A stretch of 64,000 nucleotides of DNA from the IMG/VR virus record IMGVR_UViG_3300010429_000303, positions 36,852-100,851 of that record, one strand, 5' to 3'. The DNA is from a virus (Duplodnaviria; Caudoviricetes). Shown piece after piece: positions 30,902 to 44,300 of the stretch. The first letter of the stretch is position 1; each line of letters begins with the position of its first letter. The position numbers were made by a program, and so were the translations under genes. The notes below the pieces were generated by a model, which worked only from the letters and a program-made list of their open reading frames with translations, had not been told where the DNA came from and did not search any database.

Positions 30902-33900
30902 ATGAAACAAACAAGCTATGTCTTTCCTGATGCACCTTATTTTGATGATTATGATCCACTTAAGTTGTACTACAAACTCCTGTTTAAACCCAAACACCTT
31001 ATTCAAGCCAGGGAGCTTTCTCAGCTTCAGACTATTTTACAAGAACAGATTGCTAAGTTTGGTTCTCATATCTTTAAGAATGGCTCTATTGTACTCGGGT
31101 GTGAGTCTAAAATAAATAACTCCTGTTTTATACTTTCCATTGAGAGTAGCGATACTTTATCAGACGAGCAGGTACTGGCACTAGAAGGCCAATATTTAAG
31201 TTCAGACAATAGAATTGGTCAGGTTATTCTAGCAAGAAAAACCAATACCACAAATATTCTAGAGTTAGTGATCAACGACTTCACTGAGACTCCTATTGAT
31301 ATAGGGGACACCTGCTTTGTTTATGATTTTACTAATAAGATTTCAACATCCTCTGGAATAAGTTTTAGAGTACAGGCTAGAACTTCATCTTGTGTGGTGA
31401 AGTTCAATTCAGGTATTCTTTACTTTGATGGATACTTTATTTCATTAGATGATCAGAAGATAGTGCTATCTTCTTCCACTTCCTCATTCTCAGGATCTAT
31501 TGGATTTCAGATCAATAAGGTTATCAAAGAGTTCAATGGCCAAGATGTTCTAACTATCGATCCAGTACTTACATCTAGGGATATCATCTTCCATGAAAGT
31601 GGACAAGATCTTTCCGGACAAACAGTAATTGATGACTTTATTGAGTTTATTAGAGTTAAAGATGGGCGAATTCTTAAAAATATCTCAGTTCCTATCTATT
31701 CAGAGTTAGAAAAGGTTCTCGCTAGAAGAACCTTTGACCAAGCAGGTAACTTCACAGTAACTCCATTTGCATGTAAAGTATTGGAATCAGCAGATACCAC
31801 TAAGTTTAAGTTAGAGATTTCTCCAGGAAAGGCCTATGTTCTTGGCTATGAATTTGATTCACCTTTCTCACAGACTATAGAGATTGATAAAGCCTTAGAC
31901 TTCAACCAGAAGAATGATTTTCAATTATCTACTTACTTCGGCTCCTATGTTATTCTTTCCAACTTTACTGGTTTCTTTGATGTTCAAAAATGTGAAAAGG
32001 TTCTATTCTTTGATGAGTTGTTAGGTGACTTAGATTTTGGTCCCGGGGGAAACCACCAAGACCACATCATTGGATCAGCCCGAGTACGACATGTAGACTT
32101 TCAAGAAGATCAACTAGCCCTATACCTGTTTGAAATTCAAGCAGCTCAGAACAAGTCTATCTCGGACACCATTAAGTCGATTTCAACAGAAAGTGTGGTA
32201 AAGGATAATCCTGGATTTGGTGATCTGGTTGAGTTTAAAATATTCGATTTAGATCAATCTACCCTTCTCTACGAACTTCCTGAAAAGGAAATAAGATCTA
32301 TTAGAGATGAGGATGATAAGGTAAAAAATGATTACTATATTCAGAAGAGTTTCTTTTGTTCACTGGCCAGTTCACCTGAACCTGGATCCCCACCTGTTCC
32401 AGTTTTTGGATATTTGAATACAACAATTGGAGAACAATTCTTAGTTTCTCCAGATGATATTACTCTAGTCGATAGAGCTACTGGGACTTATTATCATCCA
32501 AGTTCAGTTGAAGCTTTGAATGCAGAAGCTACTGAAATCCAGTTTGGTATTGAAGAAGAACTTCAAGAAGTAGATGTCTATGCAAAGGTTAGAGTGGTAA
32601 ATCAACCTGAAATTCCATTGGTTACTGAAACCTCTACAGTATCCTTGTCTATTGGTTCATTCAGCGCAAATCAAGAATACTCGTTACCCGAAACAGATAT
32701 TATTGGAATCACACAGTGTTCGTTTAATGGAACTGATATTTTAAGCCAGGTTAGAATAGAGGCTAAAGAAACTATAGATGCTGTCTATAATTCAGTTCTT
32801 GTTTATTCTGGATCATTATTCTCATCCGTTCCAGGAACGCTGTCAGTTACTTACTCCTATTATAAGGGAAACAGAGACAACGGGTATAGGAGTATTGATT
32901 CGTATCCTGCAGACTCTTCGTTAAAAACCTTTAAGAATAATTCTAAGGTTATTCCTATTGGAAAGTGTATTGATTTTAGAGTACGGATAAAAGAGGGTAT
33001 GGTTTCCGGAGCTTATATCCCAGTTCCCTATGAAACGTTTCAATGTTCTTACTCATACCACCTTGGAAGAATAGACAAACTTATAGCTACTTCTTCAAAG
33101 AATTTTGAAGTCGTTAAAGGTATTTCAAAACTTAATCCACTTCCCCCTGATGATAAGCCTCATGGCATGACCCTTTACACTATCACTATTCCAGCTAAAA
33201 CTGATAATGTAAAAGATGTAAAATTGAAATTTGTTGAAAACCGAAGATATACCATGAGGGATATTGGAGGATTAGATAAACGAATAAAGAATCTTGAATA
33301 CTATACTTCACTTTCTTTGCTTGAAAAAGACACAAAGGATATGGAGATTCTTGATGAACAAGGCAACAATAGATTTAAAAATGGATTCTTGATTGATAAC
33401 TTTAAGAACTTTAGATCTGTAAACTACCCAGAAGGAACTGTTAAATGTTCATTCAATACTGAATTAGGAGAACTTAGACCTACCTTTAATATTGTAAACA
33501 CCAAACTGCTATTCAATCCACAAAAGTCTACCTGCAAACAAAGTGGAGATCTTCTTACTCTGCCTTATTCAGAAGTTACTTTCATAGAACAACTGAAAGC
33601 TTCATCATCTATGAATCTTCAACCCTTTGAAGTGTTCAACTATGAAGGTAAGATGACGATTATTCCAGAAGTTGATGAGTGGGTTGATACTTCTACCAAA
33701 CCAGCAATCATAGCTAATCAGTTTGGAGAGAATGACATTTGGGAGGAGATTGGAGATTCCGCATTCACTGCTCAGTGGGGATCTTGGGAATCTAGGATAA
33801 GTCAAATACCATCAACTCAAGATGTATCTCAAATTGATCCTTCTAGTTTTAGTGATCTTACAGTGGAACCAGTTAAACGACTGTGGAATCCCTCGGTAGA

Positions 33901-36900
33901 TCCAAATGCCCCAACTAGACTTATATCATCATATCAGGATTGGGTGAATTCTGGATACACTGCTGGGTTTTCTCAGACAAGTCCGGATGGAACTGTTAAT
34001 GGTCAACCTGCACTCTATTTGGATTTTAAAGGGGAAATCACAGAATCTGGAAGAACTGGATCTCAATCTGCATTTGGTGAGTCTAGGATTCTTACCTCTT
34101 CCATAGGGGAATCTGTATCTAATGTAGGAATTCAGCCTTTTATTAGGGCTCAGAATATCAGGCTCAACGCAAAATACTTGAAACCTAATACCAATTTTTA
34201 CCTCTATTTTGATGATAAAGAAGTATCCAATTACTTTCAACAATTTACTACTGAGTCTTTAATACCTTCAGAAACACCTTCAAGAACTCCCCCAGCTACT
34301 CCTACCCAGACTCCTTCAAACACTCCTACAGTTACGCCACCTGCGACGCCTTCAAATTCACAAACCCCTTTAGCTACACCTACACCTTCAACTTCTTTAT
34401 CGAAAACAATTTATAGTACACCACTACCTACTCCTATTGCAACTTACCCTACTCCAATACTCAATTTTGAAAAAGTTTATGAAAATGGAGATGGTGGTCT
34501 TTATCCTGATGGAAGTTCTCGACGGGAAACAGCTGTTTCGTTTACTCTGTCATTGCCAACAGATTCCACTGGATCATTTAGATTCGGTCAAACTATTGAT
34601 ATGGTGTTAAAGTTAAAAGTAACTCCAACTACCAAATACTACGACTTAGGAAGGTTTAATTTACATTTTAAAGATGGTTCTGGTAATGAAATTTCAACAT
34701 ATCTAATTGATTCTTATTTTGATATACTAGATCCACCACAAATTTCTCAACAGAGGCAAGTCTCTGGAAAGGTTGATGACACCTTATATTATAAGATTGG
34801 GTTCTTAAAGCCAGTTTCAACAAATGTGAAGAAAGTAGAATTCTGGATAGTTTTCGATTATAATCTATTTACCTTTGAAGGTGCTTCTCTTTCAAAGTTT
34901 GTAGATACAGCCCCCCAATCTATAAAAACGGGATCATTTCCTACAATCCATTCTTCGTTATCCTTGAGTGATCCACCTTTACCTACCCCTTCAAGCTCAA
35001 GAACACCGTCACCAACTCCCTCTATTTCAACAACACCTCAGATATCTGTAAGCGTAACACCAACTCCCTCTATTTCAGAGTCACCTTCAATAACTCCAAC
35101 ACCTTCACCTACACCGTCACCAACTCCGACTCTAACGGTTACCAGTTCAAATAACCTATTGGCACAGACTAGTCCTTTATCTGATATAAGTTATAGTATG
35201 TCTGACAGTACTAAGTTTAGTGATGAGATCACATCCGATTATGAAGGTAATATTATAGGAGTATTGTACTTACCCGGGGGAACATTTACTACCGGAGTTC
35301 ATGATGTTATTATTAGAGACTCTAAACTTGATGATTCTGTAAATCTGTCTTCATTTGCGACAACACAATATACTGCATTTGGGTTGACTCAAACTAAACA
35401 AGAAACTATAATTTCTACAAGGGAGCCGGTTATCATTTCTAATCCGGTAACTGAACGAGGTACGGAGTATAAAATAGGGTGGAACTATGAGGATGTTGAT
35501 ATAGTTCCTACTCCCTCTGTCACTCCTTCTAGTACTTCAACCCCTACTCCTACCCCTTCTTGTTCAATCACCCCATCTACAACACCATCATTTTCAATGT
35601 CTCCATCTGTGTCGGGAGGTATTTTCTCAGTTACAAAACTTATAGAGGACGAATTTAATGTAGTCTTTAGAGTGTACGTTTCTACAGATTTATCGTTTTC
35701 TATTAGGATATATTCACAAGATAGTTGGAATTACCACATGTTTACTCCCCATCAGTTTGGTACTCTATCACATTATCTTACTCATAACACTTCGAATGAA
35801 ACTAATCCTTTTGATTATGTTATAAACGCAGTGACAGATTATCCAGCTTATATACGCCAACAAAATACCATAGTTCATTATATCACTGTACAGCATAAGG
35901 AGTATAAAAATCTTAATTATCCAGGACCTATAGTCTTTACAAATATACAAAATCAACAAAACTATAGCTTTTCTGTACCACTTGCAAAACTTCCTAAAGA
36001 TTTTATCATATTTAACTGGATTGATAATGAAACCATCAGATGTGCTATATCAAGTGATTCACAACTTCCGTATTTAGAAATCTCTGGAGTCCTTACAAAC
36101 GATGATACTGAATTGCTAGGTTTTATAAATGACGGTGATATGGTTAAAACAGACTTTTCATCATTAACGTATACCCCTATTACATTTATGAATGGTAAAA
36201 TATGTAATAGTAACTCCCCACCTTTAAGTTTTGAACCCAATGGAATTTTTACCTTTTCAGGTACAGAAAAAATATATTCATCCACCATGTTCAAACATAA
36301 ATGGATGACATTAAAAGTAATTCCAGGATCTCATGTTCAACGTAGGCTAATAAAGAAAGGGATAAAGTCAGTTTCGATTAGATTTAAGTTTAGATATGAA
36401 TATACACAAACGTATGTGATTTCTGATTCACAAACTAAAGTACTATTTGATGATTCAATCCCTGGGGAATTAAGAATATATAACAGCCAGTTTAGAGATA
36501 CTAATATAAATCCTAAATTTTATAATCTCCGAAAATGGTGGAATGGAGTTTCTGCAGTCGATACGCTAAGTGGTATTTTTGGAGATACAGCCGTTCTTTG
36601 TAGGTGGTCATCCTCACAGGATCAAACAAAATTTGCCTTTTATAATAAAGAATATGTGAGTCGCGATACTGCATATAATAATCAAGGCAAATACCTATTA
36701 TGGATTTACGGATACAATAACGAATATTTACCCAATGGGTCTATACCTAACCCATATACTCATTTAGGACTATCATATGGAGTTAATCCAACAAAAGTTT
36801 CATACCAGACATTACCACTTGGTGGAGTAGAGGTTCTTAGAATTCGTCCTGATATCCAAGATTTTTTTGCTAAATCCGAGAATACAGGATTTCAATTACC

Positions 36901-38317
36901 AATGCAATGGGAAAACTATCATGGGGTATTGTCAAATGTACTCACCTTTAATCCTTTAGTTATTGGATCTAATAATCAATCAGTAATAAAACCTATAGAT
37001 CCACTTGCAGAATCTTTCTTTGTAGATGAAAAAGAGTATCCAGAAGGGGTGTTTGTGTCCTCAATCGATGTCTACTTTAAGGAGAAATCTACATCGTCCC
37101 CTGTAGATGTTCAGATAAGACCTAATATCAATGGCTATCCTTCATCTACAGAATATCTCCCATTTTCAGATGTTATCCTTTCTCCAGATCAAATACAAGT
37201 ATCAGAAGATGCCTCTGTTGCAACTCGATTTACCTTTAGAGCTCCAGTGTATCTTAAACCTGGTGACTATTCCTTTATGGTTAGAGCAAAGGATACAAAG
37301 GTTAAAGCTTGGGTGGCTAAGCTAGGAGAATTTGTCTTAGGAAGCACAGATACTAGAATTACTTCGAATGCCTATATAGGTACTTTGTTTAAATCAGCAA
37401 ACTCTTCTACCTGGGTTGCAGAAGGAGAGACTGATCTTAAGTTTAGAATTAACCGTTGTTCTTTTACAACAACAGCAGTAAATGTTATTCTCGAAAATGC
37501 CCCCTTTGTGGGAACTGGAAACCTACTCCAAGATAGGAACTTCTCGGCGTTAACCACTCAGATTGCCACTATCATTCCAGCAAAAACTTCAATAGAGGAC
37601 ACAAAGGTAGATCTTCTTTCTTCTTCAAATACGGTAACGACCAAGTCTATAAATATCAATGAAACTATTGAGTTAGACGAGTTATACCATCTTGAAGATG
37701 TTAGAGATCAAACACCAAGGTCACTTGGTTTTTCTCTTCCTGATGGAACCTATATGAGAAGTGCATTGATAGATCCTTCAGTATATTTCACCCCATCAAT
37801 GAGTGTAAATATATCATTTACTTCCGAAAAGGAAACAGTATCTCCGGTCATAGATCTTCAGAAGTTATCTATGACCACCGTTGAAAATATTATCAACAAT
37901 CCTGAAGATCTTTCAGGAGAACTTGAGTCTGGTTCTGGGCCCTCTCTGTTTTGTTACATCACTAAACCCGTAAAATTAAGATCGGACACTCCAGCTAATA
38001 AACTTCTGGTAAACTTTACTGGACAGATATATCCCTCTGATGATAATAGAGTTTTAGCTTACTATAGAATTTATAATTCATTAGGGGATCCCAACCATAA
38101 AATTGCTCAGAAAAAATGGACTTTGTTAGGAACAAAATCATCAAGTGGGACTCGTTCTTGGGTAGACTATAGTGTAGAGACTGACCTACTTTCCTATGAT
38201 GGGGACGAAACAATAGAAGATTTTGATTACTTCCAAATTAAGTTAGTGGGGTTAAGTAGTAACTCTGCTAAATTCCCTAAAATAAAAGATTTTAGAACTA
38301 TTGCACTCACGGCATAA
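30902..38317 (+). CDS. Giant virion structural protein, VrlC/DUF4815-like, paralog 2
   Basis: Same conserved motifs as paralog 1, two inserted domains and three P/T/S linkers. Ends FPKIKDFRTIALTA. Confidence 0.88.
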   Translation: MKQTSYVFPDAPYFDDYDPLKLYYKLLFKPKHLIQARELSQLQTILQEQIAKFGSHIFKNGSIVLGCESKINNSCFILSIESSDTLSDEQVLALEGQYLSSDNRIGQVILARKTNTTNILELVINDFTETPIDIGDTCFVYDFTNKISTSSGISFRVQARTSSCVVKFNSGILYFDGYFISLDDQKIVLSSSTSSFSGSIGFQINKVIKEFNGQDVLTIDPVLTSRDIIFHESGQDLSGQTVIDDFIEFIRVKDGRILKNISVPIYSELEKVLARRTFDQAGNFTVTPFACKVLESADTTKFKLEISPGKAYVLGYEFDSPFSQTIEIDKALDFNQKNDFQLSTYFGSYVILSNFTGFFDVQKCEKVLFFDELLGDLDFGPGGNHQDHIIGSARVRHVDFQEDQLALYLFEIQAAQNKSISDTIKSISTESVVKDNPGFGDLVEFKIFDLDQSTLLYELPEKEIRSIRDEDDKVKNDYYIQKSFFCSLASSPEPGSPPVPVFGYLNTTIGEQFLVSPDDITLVDRATGTYYHPSSVEALNAEATEIQFGIEEELQEVDVYAKVRVVNQPEIPLVTETSTVSLSIGSFSANQEYSLPETDIIGITQCSFNGTDILSQVRIEAKETIDAVYNSVLVYSGSLFSSVPGTLSVTYSYYKGNRDNGYRSIDSYPADSSLKTFKNNSKVIPIGKCIDFRVRIKEGMVSGAYIPVPYETFQCSYSYHLGRIDKLIATSSKNFEVVKGISKLNPLPPDDKPHGMTLYTITIPAKTDNVKDVKLKFVENRRYTMRDIGGLDKRIKNLEYYTSLSLLEKDTKDMEILDEQGNNRFKNGFLIDNFKNFRSVNYPEGTVKCSFNTELGELRPTFNIVNTKLLFNPQKSTCKQSGDLLTLPYSEVTFIEQLKASSSMNLQPFEVFNYEGKMTIIPEVDEWVDTSTKPAIIANQFGENDIWEEIGDSAFTAQWGSWESRISQIPSTQDVSQIDPSSFSDLTVEPVKRLWNPSVDPNAPTRLISSYQDWVNSGYTAGFSQTSPDGTVNGQPALYLDFKGEITESGRTGSQSAFGESRILTSSIGESVSNVGIQPFIRAQNIRLNAKYLKPNTNFYLYFDDKEVSNYFQQFTTESLIPSETPSRTPPATPTQTPSNTPTVTPPATPSNSQTPLATPTPSTSLSKTIYSTPLPTPIATYPTPILNFEKVYENGDGGLYPDGSSRRETAVSFTLSLPTDSTGSFRFGQTIDMVLKLKVTPTTKYYDLGRFNLHFKDGSGNEISTYLIDSYFDILDPPQISQQRQVSGKVDDTLYYKIGFLKPVSTNVKKVEFWIVFDYNLFTFEGASLSKFVDTAPQSIKTGSFPTIHSSLSLSDPPLPTPSSSRTPSPTPSISTTPQISVSVTPTPSISESPSITPTPSPTPSPTPTLTVTSSNNLLAQTSPLSDISYSMSDSTKFSDEITSDYEGNIIGVLYLPGGTFTTGVHDVIIRDSKLDDSVNLSSFATTQYTAFGLTQTKQETIISTREPVIISNPVTERGTEYKIGWNYEDVDIVPTPSVTPSSTSTPTPTPSCSITPSTTPSFSMSPSVSGGIFSVTKLIEDEFNVVFRVYVSTDLSFSIRIYSQDSWNYHMFTPHQFGTLSHYLTHNTSNETNPFDYVINAVTDYPAYIRQQNTIVHYITVQHKEYKNLNYPGPIVFTNIQNQQNYSFSVPLAKLPKDFIIFNWIDNETIRCAISSDSQLPYLEISGVLTNDDTELLGFINDGDMVKTDFSSLTYTPITFMNGKICNSNSPPLSFEPNGIFTFSGTEKIYSSTMFKHKWMTLKVIPGSHVQRRLIKKGIKSVSIRFKFRYEYTQTYVISDSQTKVLFDDSIPGELRIYNSQFRDTNINPKFYNLRKWWNGVSAVDTLSGIFGDTAVLCRWSSSQDQTKFAFYNKEYVSRDTAYNNQGKYLLWIYGYNNEYLPNGSIPNPYTHLGLSYGVNPTKVSYQTLPLGGVEVLRIRPDIQDFFAKSENTGFQLPMQWENYHGVLSNVLTFNPLVIGSNNQSVIKPIDPLAESFFVDEKEYPEGVFVSSIDVYFKEKSTSSPVDVQIRPNINGYPSSTEYLPFSDVILSPDQIQVSEDASVATRFTFRAPVYLKPGDYSFMVRAKDTKVKAWVAKLGEFVLGSTDTRITSNAYIGTLFKSANSSTWVAEGETDLKFRINRCSFTTTAVNVILENAPFVGTGNLLQDRNFSALTTQIATIIPAKTSIEDTKVDLLSSSNTVTTKSININETIELDELYHLEDVRDQTPRSLGFSLPDGTYMRSALIDPSVYFTPSMSVNISFTSEKETVSPVIDLQKLSMTTVENIINNPEDLSGELESGSGPSLFCYITKPVKLRSDTPANKLLVNFTGQIYPSDDNRVLAYYRIYNSLGDPNHKIAQKKWTLLGTKSSSGTRSWVDYSVETDLLSYDGDETIEDFDYFQIKLVGLSSNSAKFPKIKDFRTIALTA
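34265..35612 (+). repeat. Three P/T/S mucin-like linkers (approx. 34265-34456, 34973-35150, 35507-35612)
   Basis: [30 protein letters not shown]; PLPTPSSSRTPSPTPS...PTPSPTPSPTPT; PTPSVTPSSTSTPTPTPS. Confidence 0.9.
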
Positions 38318-38321
38318 TTGA

Positions 38322-41300
38322 ATGAATAGACAAATTGCATTTTCTGCTCCATATAATCCTTATGATGATTCTTTTTTTGTAAATCAAAACCAACATAAAG
38401 TATTGTTAAAACCAGGACATAATGTAGATCACTCACATCTTAATCTAATCCAGAGTGTTCTTCAAGAGCAAGTTGCTCGTTTTGGACAACATGTGTTTGT
38501 CAATGGCTCATTTGTAACTGGGGGACAATACACTCAGGTTCGAGATGCAGTTGTTCTTGACATAGTAGATTTAAGAGGTAATGAACTTAACACCCTTAAA
38601 CGAGTTGGAGTTGGAAATTGGATTCTTGAAGATAATGGACAGACTATTGCCATTCTTTCTGTAGATACTGAAAAAGAGAATAGTCCAGAAGTTCATAAAC
38701 TTCTTATTTCTAAAGATACTCCTTTAGAAATTGAACTTATCCCAGATAAACACTATACAATTTATAATGTTGCGAATCCCAATACAAAACTTAATATTAA
38801 GAAAGCTTCAGATTTCCAATACATTGTTTTTGATGAAGGGGTGTTGTTCGTCAATGGCTATTTCATTTCGATTCCTAAACAATACGCCATTGTTAGATAT
38901 GCTTCCTCTTCGGTTGGGTTTCTACTGGAACAAAACATTATTTCTTACTTTGATGATATTTCTTTATTAGACAACAGTTCAAAAGATGCAGGCTCATTTG
39001 AGGGTGCGGATAGACTTCAACTCCAACTTGAGTTAGCATCCTTTAGTATCCCTAAGTTAAAGACAAACTATAACCTAGCTAGGGGATCTTTCTTTGAGTT
39101 TCTCAAATTAGATAACTGGGAAGTTATTAAAGATTTGACTAAAACTCAATATTCTAAAAATCTATCACAAATGATAGAGAGACGGACATATGATAAATCT
39201 GGAAACTATACAGTAACTCCGTTCAAAATAAACATCAAAAATGATACAGACTTAGAATTTAAGATTGAAATAAGTCCAGGAAAAGCTTATATCTTTGGAT
39301 ATGAATTCGACTCTATTTCAACAAAGAGTTTACCGTTGGTTAAAGATTCTGGGTTACTGGCTGAACAATCTAACACTCTTGCCGTTCCAACTCTCCCGTA
39401 TCTTGTTTGTCCTACGTTAGACAAATTCATTCCGATTCAAACCGACGTTCCAGTAAAATTTTATGATTCAGACGGAGAACAAATAGGAACTGGGTTTGTA
39501 GGATACATCAAACAAGTTTCTGATAAAGTCAGACTCTATCTTTCATCATTTACATTAAACTCAGGTAAGTCACTCTATGATACAACCACTGTTAGAGATT
39601 TTAATGAGGATACCCTTGCTAGTATAGAACTTATAGTGGTAGCTTCTAATCCAACACGGTTAGTAACATTAGATCAAGATGAGAAACTTCCCAGTATTTT
39701 ACGAATAGAAGATCTTTTAGTCCAAAAAGTATTTGAAGATGTCACAAACAACTTAATTACTTTTGACTCTAATGAAACTCCTCCAACAGACGTGTCTAAC
39801 TATCTAACATTTCAGAGCAACGGAATGGTAGGCATTATTGATGATATATCAATTGAAGATAAAGTAGTATCATTGATATCAGCAAAAAGTATAGATAAAG
39901 TTATTGTAAGTGGGGTAAAACTAACGGTAACTCATTCTGTAGCTTCTGAATCAGAAATCACCATTCAAGTTCCTTTTTCAACTACTATAAATCTACCCTA
40001 TAAAATCAAAAAAGTACTCTCTGCAACAAATAATCAAGAAACCATTACCTCTTTGTTTACTGTTTCTGAAAGGGTTACTGAAGTTTCACTTCTGGGTTCT
40101 TCATTAACTTATACCGGGATAGACACAAGAAGTGGTAATCTATTATTAACTTTATTAGTCACAACTTATAACACGTCTACCCTCAGAATAGATAACTCTA
40201 TTCTGGATCTCAGACAATCTACATATTTTACGTTTCCCTTGATTGAACCTAATAGTCCACTTAAACTTTACTATGATGTAAAACAAGCCAGGTATGATAA
40301 GTTGGTATTGACAAAGGATGGAACTTTTGAACTTATTCAAGGAACTCCTCATCCTTATAAACCAGTTGCCCCTAAAGATAGAATAGATGCAATGACTTTG
40401 TATACTCTTTATATCCCAGGATCCCCAAAGAGTCCTGAAGATGTAGGGGTAAAATATATCGAGAATAAACGATATACCATGAGGGATATTGGAAAACTAG
40501 AAAAACGAATCGAGAACCTGGAATACTACAATCTACTCTCCTTGTTGGAGAAAGAGACTTCCGATCAAACCTACAAGGATGAAAACGGGTTAGATCGGTT
40601 TAAGAATGGTTTTATGGTAGATAATTTTAAGACGTACAAGGGAGTAGATTTTAAATCACCAGATTGCCTTTTCTCATTAGACCTGCAACAAGGGCACCTC
40701 AGACCTTCTTTTGAAATGGAGAATGTGGGAGTAGAAACTTCATTTTCTAATATACCCCTGCTCTCATGTCCCTATACCGAAACAATTCTACTGGATCAGA
40801 ATCAAGCATCATCAACGTTAAATCTTAATCCATATGAAGTGTTCACTTGGCAAGGTCAAGTTACTCTATATCCTCCATTGGATTATTGGGTAGACACTAC
40901 GGTAAAACCTGATATCACGTTAGATCATAAAGGTGAGTTTGATGTTTATGCGACCTTTAAAGAGAAAGGATTCACCAGTGAGTGGGGGGTATGGGATAGT
41001 AAAATATTAGACTTTACTTCCAGTGATCTAGCTGGAGTATCATCTCAAGATTTTGCTGGTTCTGACTTACCAACCGAGAAGAGACTATGGATTCCTGATA
41101 TAGATCCATCGGCTACCCCCGAACTAATAGCTAAGTATAATTTATGGGTATCTTCAGGCTTCGTTACTGGATTCTCTATCACAACTCCAGATGGTTATGT
41201 AGATGGAAAACCGGCAATTCTGTTAGATTTTAAAGGACAGAAGGTTCAAAAATCAGCCGATCTAACTCACTTTGGAGATTCGGCGGTTATTACCAGTTCA

Positions 41301-44300
41301 CTAGGAACCACAGTTAGGGATGTTGGTTTCTCTCCATATATTAGGGCTAAGTCCATCCAGTTTACTGCAAAAGGGTTAAAACCCAACACTAAGTTTTTTG
41401 TGACGTTTTCTGACGTAGATGTATCAAACCTGTGTTCTGGTGGGTTGATGTCATCAAGTAATGGGTCACTATCAGGAGTGTTTTCTTTACCTGCAGGACG
41501 ATTTAAGAATGGACAACATCAATTTAAACTGATAGACACCTTATCCCAGAACTCTAGCCAGGTTACCTCGTTTGCTATCGCTGAATATACCGCCAATGGG
41601 ATGCAATCTACAGTTCAAGAAACCTTTATCTCCACTCGAGAACCACAAACTACCACGGAATCAGTAAGCTTTACTGAAGTATCTGCCGTTTTTGATTCGA
41701 CTGTACTAACTGTACAGAACTCTATAACTATCAATCAGTTTGGAACTGGATTAGTAGAGTTATATGATTCGGCTGGATCTACCCCTATTGTCGTAGGTAA
41801 AGATGGTGAATCTGTTTACTATACTGCGGAATCTGGAAAGAATTACATACTAAGGATAACCGAAACTGTTGGTAGAGTTTCCGAAGTTTCTGGATTAGAC
41901 TATTATGATAGCACGCAAACTAAAGGGGTTCGGCAAGGGTCATTCCTATTTGATGGGGATAAGGTAATCACGGCTCGGTTCGCTGATGAATCAGAAAAAA
42001 TCTTAGTTCAGTTTGCTTTACTTGACTTCAATACTTCAATTTCAGATTCTGAGCTCTCCCCTTACTATAAACTTACTCTAAACAGATTTCCTGACTATGA
42101 AGATGAAATAACCTATCTTCAATACAGAAAACCTACAGCCAATGTAAGTTATCCAGAAGAGATTGTGTTCCCACTTTCAAATAATAGAATCAATACTGAT
42201 GTATTTGAAATAACCGGCGGGGACTCTGTAACCGTTGAATTCATCACTACAGGAACCACAGGAACCTGGGCAAATGATTCGGTTACTTGGATAGATTATC
42301 AAACCATAAAATGGGATAAGTACGGAAGTACCGTTATTAGCAAGACGTTTACCCAGACAGACATATCTGCTGTTGTGGATAAGAATGCTATCGAGTTGAT
42401 GTACCTGTTTAATGGTAGAGCTTCATTTCTTACTGTTAGATCAAAGACAAACGGTAGCAGTTTTTTGTGTGGTGTAAACTGTTACTTAGATGAGAACAAC
42501 ACAACGACTCCTCTACATACATCACAGATAAATCCAAAATTTTCAAATGTCTATGAGGTAGGAAAGATCTTTAATGAATTTGAGAATAGTCCATCTACTG
42601 GCTATCTGATTGTATCTCCAAATCTAGGTAACTTCGATGTAACTATAAGTGTTTCACCCTACTTCTTGAACGCTCAGAATGTATTTATTCCACTACCCAT
42701 AGAGGATCTGGATTCTGGATATGGCATCGATATATCAGATGTTCCTCTGGCTACAGGATCTAGAAACATATTCTTAGATTTTATGTTGGATGGTGTTATC
42801 AATGTTACCCCTACCCCTCCCACTCCCCCTCCCACTCCCACTCCCACTCCCCCTACAACTACTTTAATCTCTCTACTGGATGACCCCCCTATAACAAACA
42901 GTCTAGATGATTACCCAATAGATCCACTCAGAACTTGTACCTTTACCTTAAAACTACCTCTACATTTTGTTTCCGAAGATATTGATGTTTCTGGAATTCT
43001 CTTTATCAATGATATTGATGCTGCTACTATTATAAAAGATGGAACCTTTACCTATCAATTGGACCCAGTAGCTAGAAAAGCATCTCTTAGAGTCATGAAG
43101 TTTGATTGTCCATTTAACACCAGAATCACCATAGATTTACGGATGAATTCAGCTAAGCCTTATAACCTAGCGTTAGATCATACCTTAACTGATCAGCCCT
43201 TCATGCGAGATACAGTAAAGGAATACCGATATCCTAACTTTTCAAGAAAAGGAACTTTCTTAGTAAACCTGAGGAACCAAATAGTAACCTTAAACATGCA
43301 CCAGGTTATTAGAACAACCTGTATTCCGGGCCAGGCAAAAAGAACTGGTCTTGTACAAGTTCCTATGGTTATTCAGTACGCATCTGCGTTAAATCAGACA
43401 ATGCTGATCAATGGAGTTAATCTAGAAGACATTTTTGCTAATCCAGAAAAGTCTCCATTTGCGTTTAGAACAATGGAAATGTTTGTAGGTAATAGAAACT
43501 ATGTAGCAGATTTTAGGGCAATGAGTAGCTATGTCTATCCTGGCCCAAGTTCAAAAACAGAAGTGTTTGAGAATACTCCTATTGGTTCAGGAACATCCAC
43601 AGGGGGATTTTTCCCACATTTCAAACAAATTTTCATCATCTGGTATGTTCCTTATAATTCACTGTTTACTGTTTCTTCACCATTTGTTTCTTCGGAACCT
43701 AAGTATATAATTTCCCCACTTGGCAAAGTGCAAGGTCCTTATACTTATGGATACCATGAATATACTAGAGTTCCTGGGGATTATTCACAAAACTATCAGC
43801 AATTTTCTTTTAAGTTCTTCCGAAATAATGACCAGAAAGGATTTTCTGGTATCTACAGTAAACAAGAAACTACCAGAACATCCACGTATCTTATTTCTAA
43901 AGATATGGGGTTATTGTTTGAATTTTGTCCCCTCAAAGAAGCTGAAGGACAAGATTTCAGTAACTTCGAGCCAGACGCTAGTGATGGTACAAGATCTACT
44001 GACAAATATAAAGTAATGTTTTTTCCGGGTGCTGCATACATTAATAAACGTAATGCGGAAAGATTCATGTTCTTTCCTGACTATTATGAAAAAGGAAGGT
44101 ATACCGTTGTTAGTGAAAACGACGATCGTAGTCGGTTTATTTCTACTTACTATGGCAGTGGGTTAAACCCTTGTCTAATGAATAATGTAGAGGCACTAAA
44201 ATATGTTTACCAAAGTATAACTGCGTATAATCTGGGAGGGGTAGATACCTTTTCTTATTATAAAGTAATAAAGATCCTAGATTCAAGCTTCACCCAAGCT